From: Halobacteriales archaeon QS_4_69_31
GTDB lineage: Archaea; Halobacteriota; Halobacteria; Halobacteriales; Haloarculaceae
NCBI GenBank assembly: GCA_003021655.1
Contig: PXRP01000048.1
Span: forward strand, 1-24,000
DNA: 24,000 nt
Reading direction: 5' to 3'
Shown: in pieces, positions 22,573 to 24,000 of the stretch
Layout of the letters: each line of letters starts with the position of its first letter
Numbering within the stretch: position 1 is the stretch's first letter
Notes under the pieces: generated by a model
The model's database searches: none
What the model saw: the letters and a program-made list of their open reading frames with translations, nothing else
What the model was told of the DNA's origin: nothing
Program-made: the position numbers and the translations under genes

Positions 22573-24000
22573 GCGACGACGCCCCCCTCCAGCCCGACCG
22601 CGAGACGTTCCTCGAGCGCGCCGACGCCGACGGGCCGGTGGTCGTCCGCGCGGCGCTCGAACTCGACGCCGACGTCGAGCCCCTGGCGGCCTACGCCGCG
22701 CTCGCGGGCCGGACGACCGACGCCGAGGGGGCCGACTACACGTTCCTCCTCGAGAGCGCCGAGAAGGTCGCCTCCAGCGACCCCGACGGCGCGTTCACGC
22801 CGGCGACCGACGACCGCCACGCGCGCTACTCGTTCGTCGGCTACGACCCGAAGGCCGTGGTCACCGTCGACCCCGACGAGACGACCGTCGAGGTGCTCGA
22901 CGACCGGGTCGAGTCGCTCGTCGACCCGGGCGAGGGGGACGTCCTCGACCAGTTGCGGGGGGCGATGCCCGACGTCGAGCGCCGCGGCTTCCCGGAGATG
23001 GACCGGGAACACTTCGAGGGCGGGCTTGTCGGGTTCCTCGGGTACGACGCCGTCTACGACCTCTGGCTCGACGAGGTCGGCCTCGACCGCCCCGACTCCC
23101 GGTTCCCCGACGCGCAGTTCGTCCTCACGACGAGTACCCTCGTGTTCGACGAGGTCGAGGGGACGGTCACGCTCGTGTTCACGCCGGTCCTCGGAGACGG
23201 CGACGACGCCGGCGCCCGCTACGACGCCATCGCGGCCGAGGCCCGCGCGGTCCGCGACCGTCTCGCCGGGGCCGCGGACCTCGAGGCCGGCGGCTTCCGG
23301 CGTACCGGCGCGGAGGCCGGGCCGCACGAGGAGTACGAACGGGCCGTCGAGCGGGCCAAAGAGCACGTCCTCGCGGGCGACATCTACCAGGGCGTCATCT
23401 CCCGGACGCGGGAGCTGTACGGCGACGTCGACGCGCTGGGGCTGTACGAGTCGCTCCGCGAGACCAACCCCTCGCCGTACATGTACCTGCTCGACTACGA
23501 CGGGCTCTCTGTCGTCGGCGCGAGCCCGGAGACGCTCGTGGCGGTGCGGGGCGAGCGGGTCCTCTCGAACCCCATCGCGGGCACCTGTTCGCGCGGGTCC
23601 AGCCCCGTCGAGGACCGCCGGCTGGCCGGCGAGATGCTTGCCGACCCCAAAGAGCGGGCCGAACACACCATGCTCGTCGACCTGGCGCGCAACGACGTGC
23701 GCCGGGTGGCCCGACCGGGCTCGGTGCGAGTCGAGGAGTTCATGAACGTCCTCAAGTACAGCCACGTCCAGCACATCGAGTCGACGGTGACGGGGACGCT
23801 GGCCGACGACGCCGACGCCTTCGACGCGGCGCGTGCCTCCTTCCCCGCGGGGACGCTCTCGGGCGCGCCGAAGGTCCGGGCGATGGAGATCATCGACGAC
23901 CTCGAACCGACGCCGCGTGGCCCCTACGGCGGCGGCCTGGGCTACTTTACCTGGACGGGTGACGCCGAACTGTGTATCGTCATCCGGACCGCCACCGTCG
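22569..24000 (+). CDS. trpE: Anthranilate synthase component I (5' partial; continues beyond the window)
   Basis: The GTG at 22569 overlaps the trpF stop (GTGA). The frame is open to the window end and reads ..YTFLLESAEK..NPSPYMYLLD..GASPETLV..NPIAGTCSRG..DPKERAEHTMLVDLARND..FPAGTLSGAPKVRAMEII..RGPYGGGLGY. It is not in the ORF track because it has a non-ATG start and no stop in the window. Confidence 0.9.
   Translation, partial: MSDDAPLQPDRETFLERADADGPVVVRAALELDADVEPLAAYAALAGRTTDAEGADYTFLLESAEKVASSDPDGAFTPATDDRHARYSFVGYDPKAVVTVDPDETTVEVLDDRVESLVDPGEGDVLDQLRGAMPDVERRGFPEMDREHFEGGLVGFLGYDAVYDLWLDEVGLDRPDSRFPDAQFVLTTSTLVFDEVEGTVTLVFTPVLGDGDDAGARYDAIAAEARAVRDRLAGAADLEAGGFRRTGAEAGPHEEYERAVERAKEHVLAGDIYQGVISRTRELYGDVDALGLYESLRETNPSPYMYLLDYDGLSVVGASPETLVAVRGERVLSNPIAGTCSRGSSPVEDRRLAGEMLADPKERAEHTMLVDLARNDVRRVARPGSVRVEEFMNVLKYSHVQHIESTVTGTLADDADAFDAARASFPAGTLSGAPKVRAMEIIDDLEPTPRGPYGGGLGYFTWTGDAELCIVIRTATV

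Overview
Very GC-rich window. The real proteins are strongly acidic, several genes look leaderless with a TATA box, and many adjacent genes share ATGA/GTGA stop-start overlaps. This fits a haloarchaeal (class Halobacteria) chromosome. High GC produces long spurious antisense ORFs, so coding strands were chosen by acidic versus Arg/Pro/Gly-rich composition and by recognisable motifs.

Gene content, left to right:
- a decayed membrane-protein gene next to an IS110-type transposase remnant
- a translationally coupled type IV pilus-like ATPase/platform pair (PilB/PilC-like) with no pilin gene nearby
- an Lrp/AsnC regulator coupled to a class I/II aminotransferase
- a 480-bp intergenic region carrying a five-unit degenerate tandem repeat
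- a thioredoxin-fold CxxC protein
- an orphan ABC substrate-binding protein without a signal peptide
- phosphomevalonate-decarboxylase-type GHMP enzyme
- type II NADH dehydrogenase-like flavoprotein whose 3' end is duplicated 71 bp downstream
- a ParA/MinD-type ATPase translationally coupled to a CheW-domain protein with a long acidic N-terminal extension
- a 757-bp gap holding a frame-disrupted small ORF
- a 450-aa uncharacterised protein
- an unlisted 52-aa zinc-ribbon micro-protein
- a Gfo/Idh/MocA oxidoreductase plus xylose-isomerase-like TIM-barrel pair
- a methyl-accepting transducer with a bare TM hairpin
- the start of a trpD-trpF-trpE operon

No rRNA, tRNA or CRISPR array was recognised by eye. 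The best candidate for an undescribed system is the parA-cheW module, possibly an archaeal analogue of bacterial ParC/ParP chemoreceptor-array positioning, together with the nearby motility and taxis-related genes. All family assignments come from motif reading and memory, not searches.
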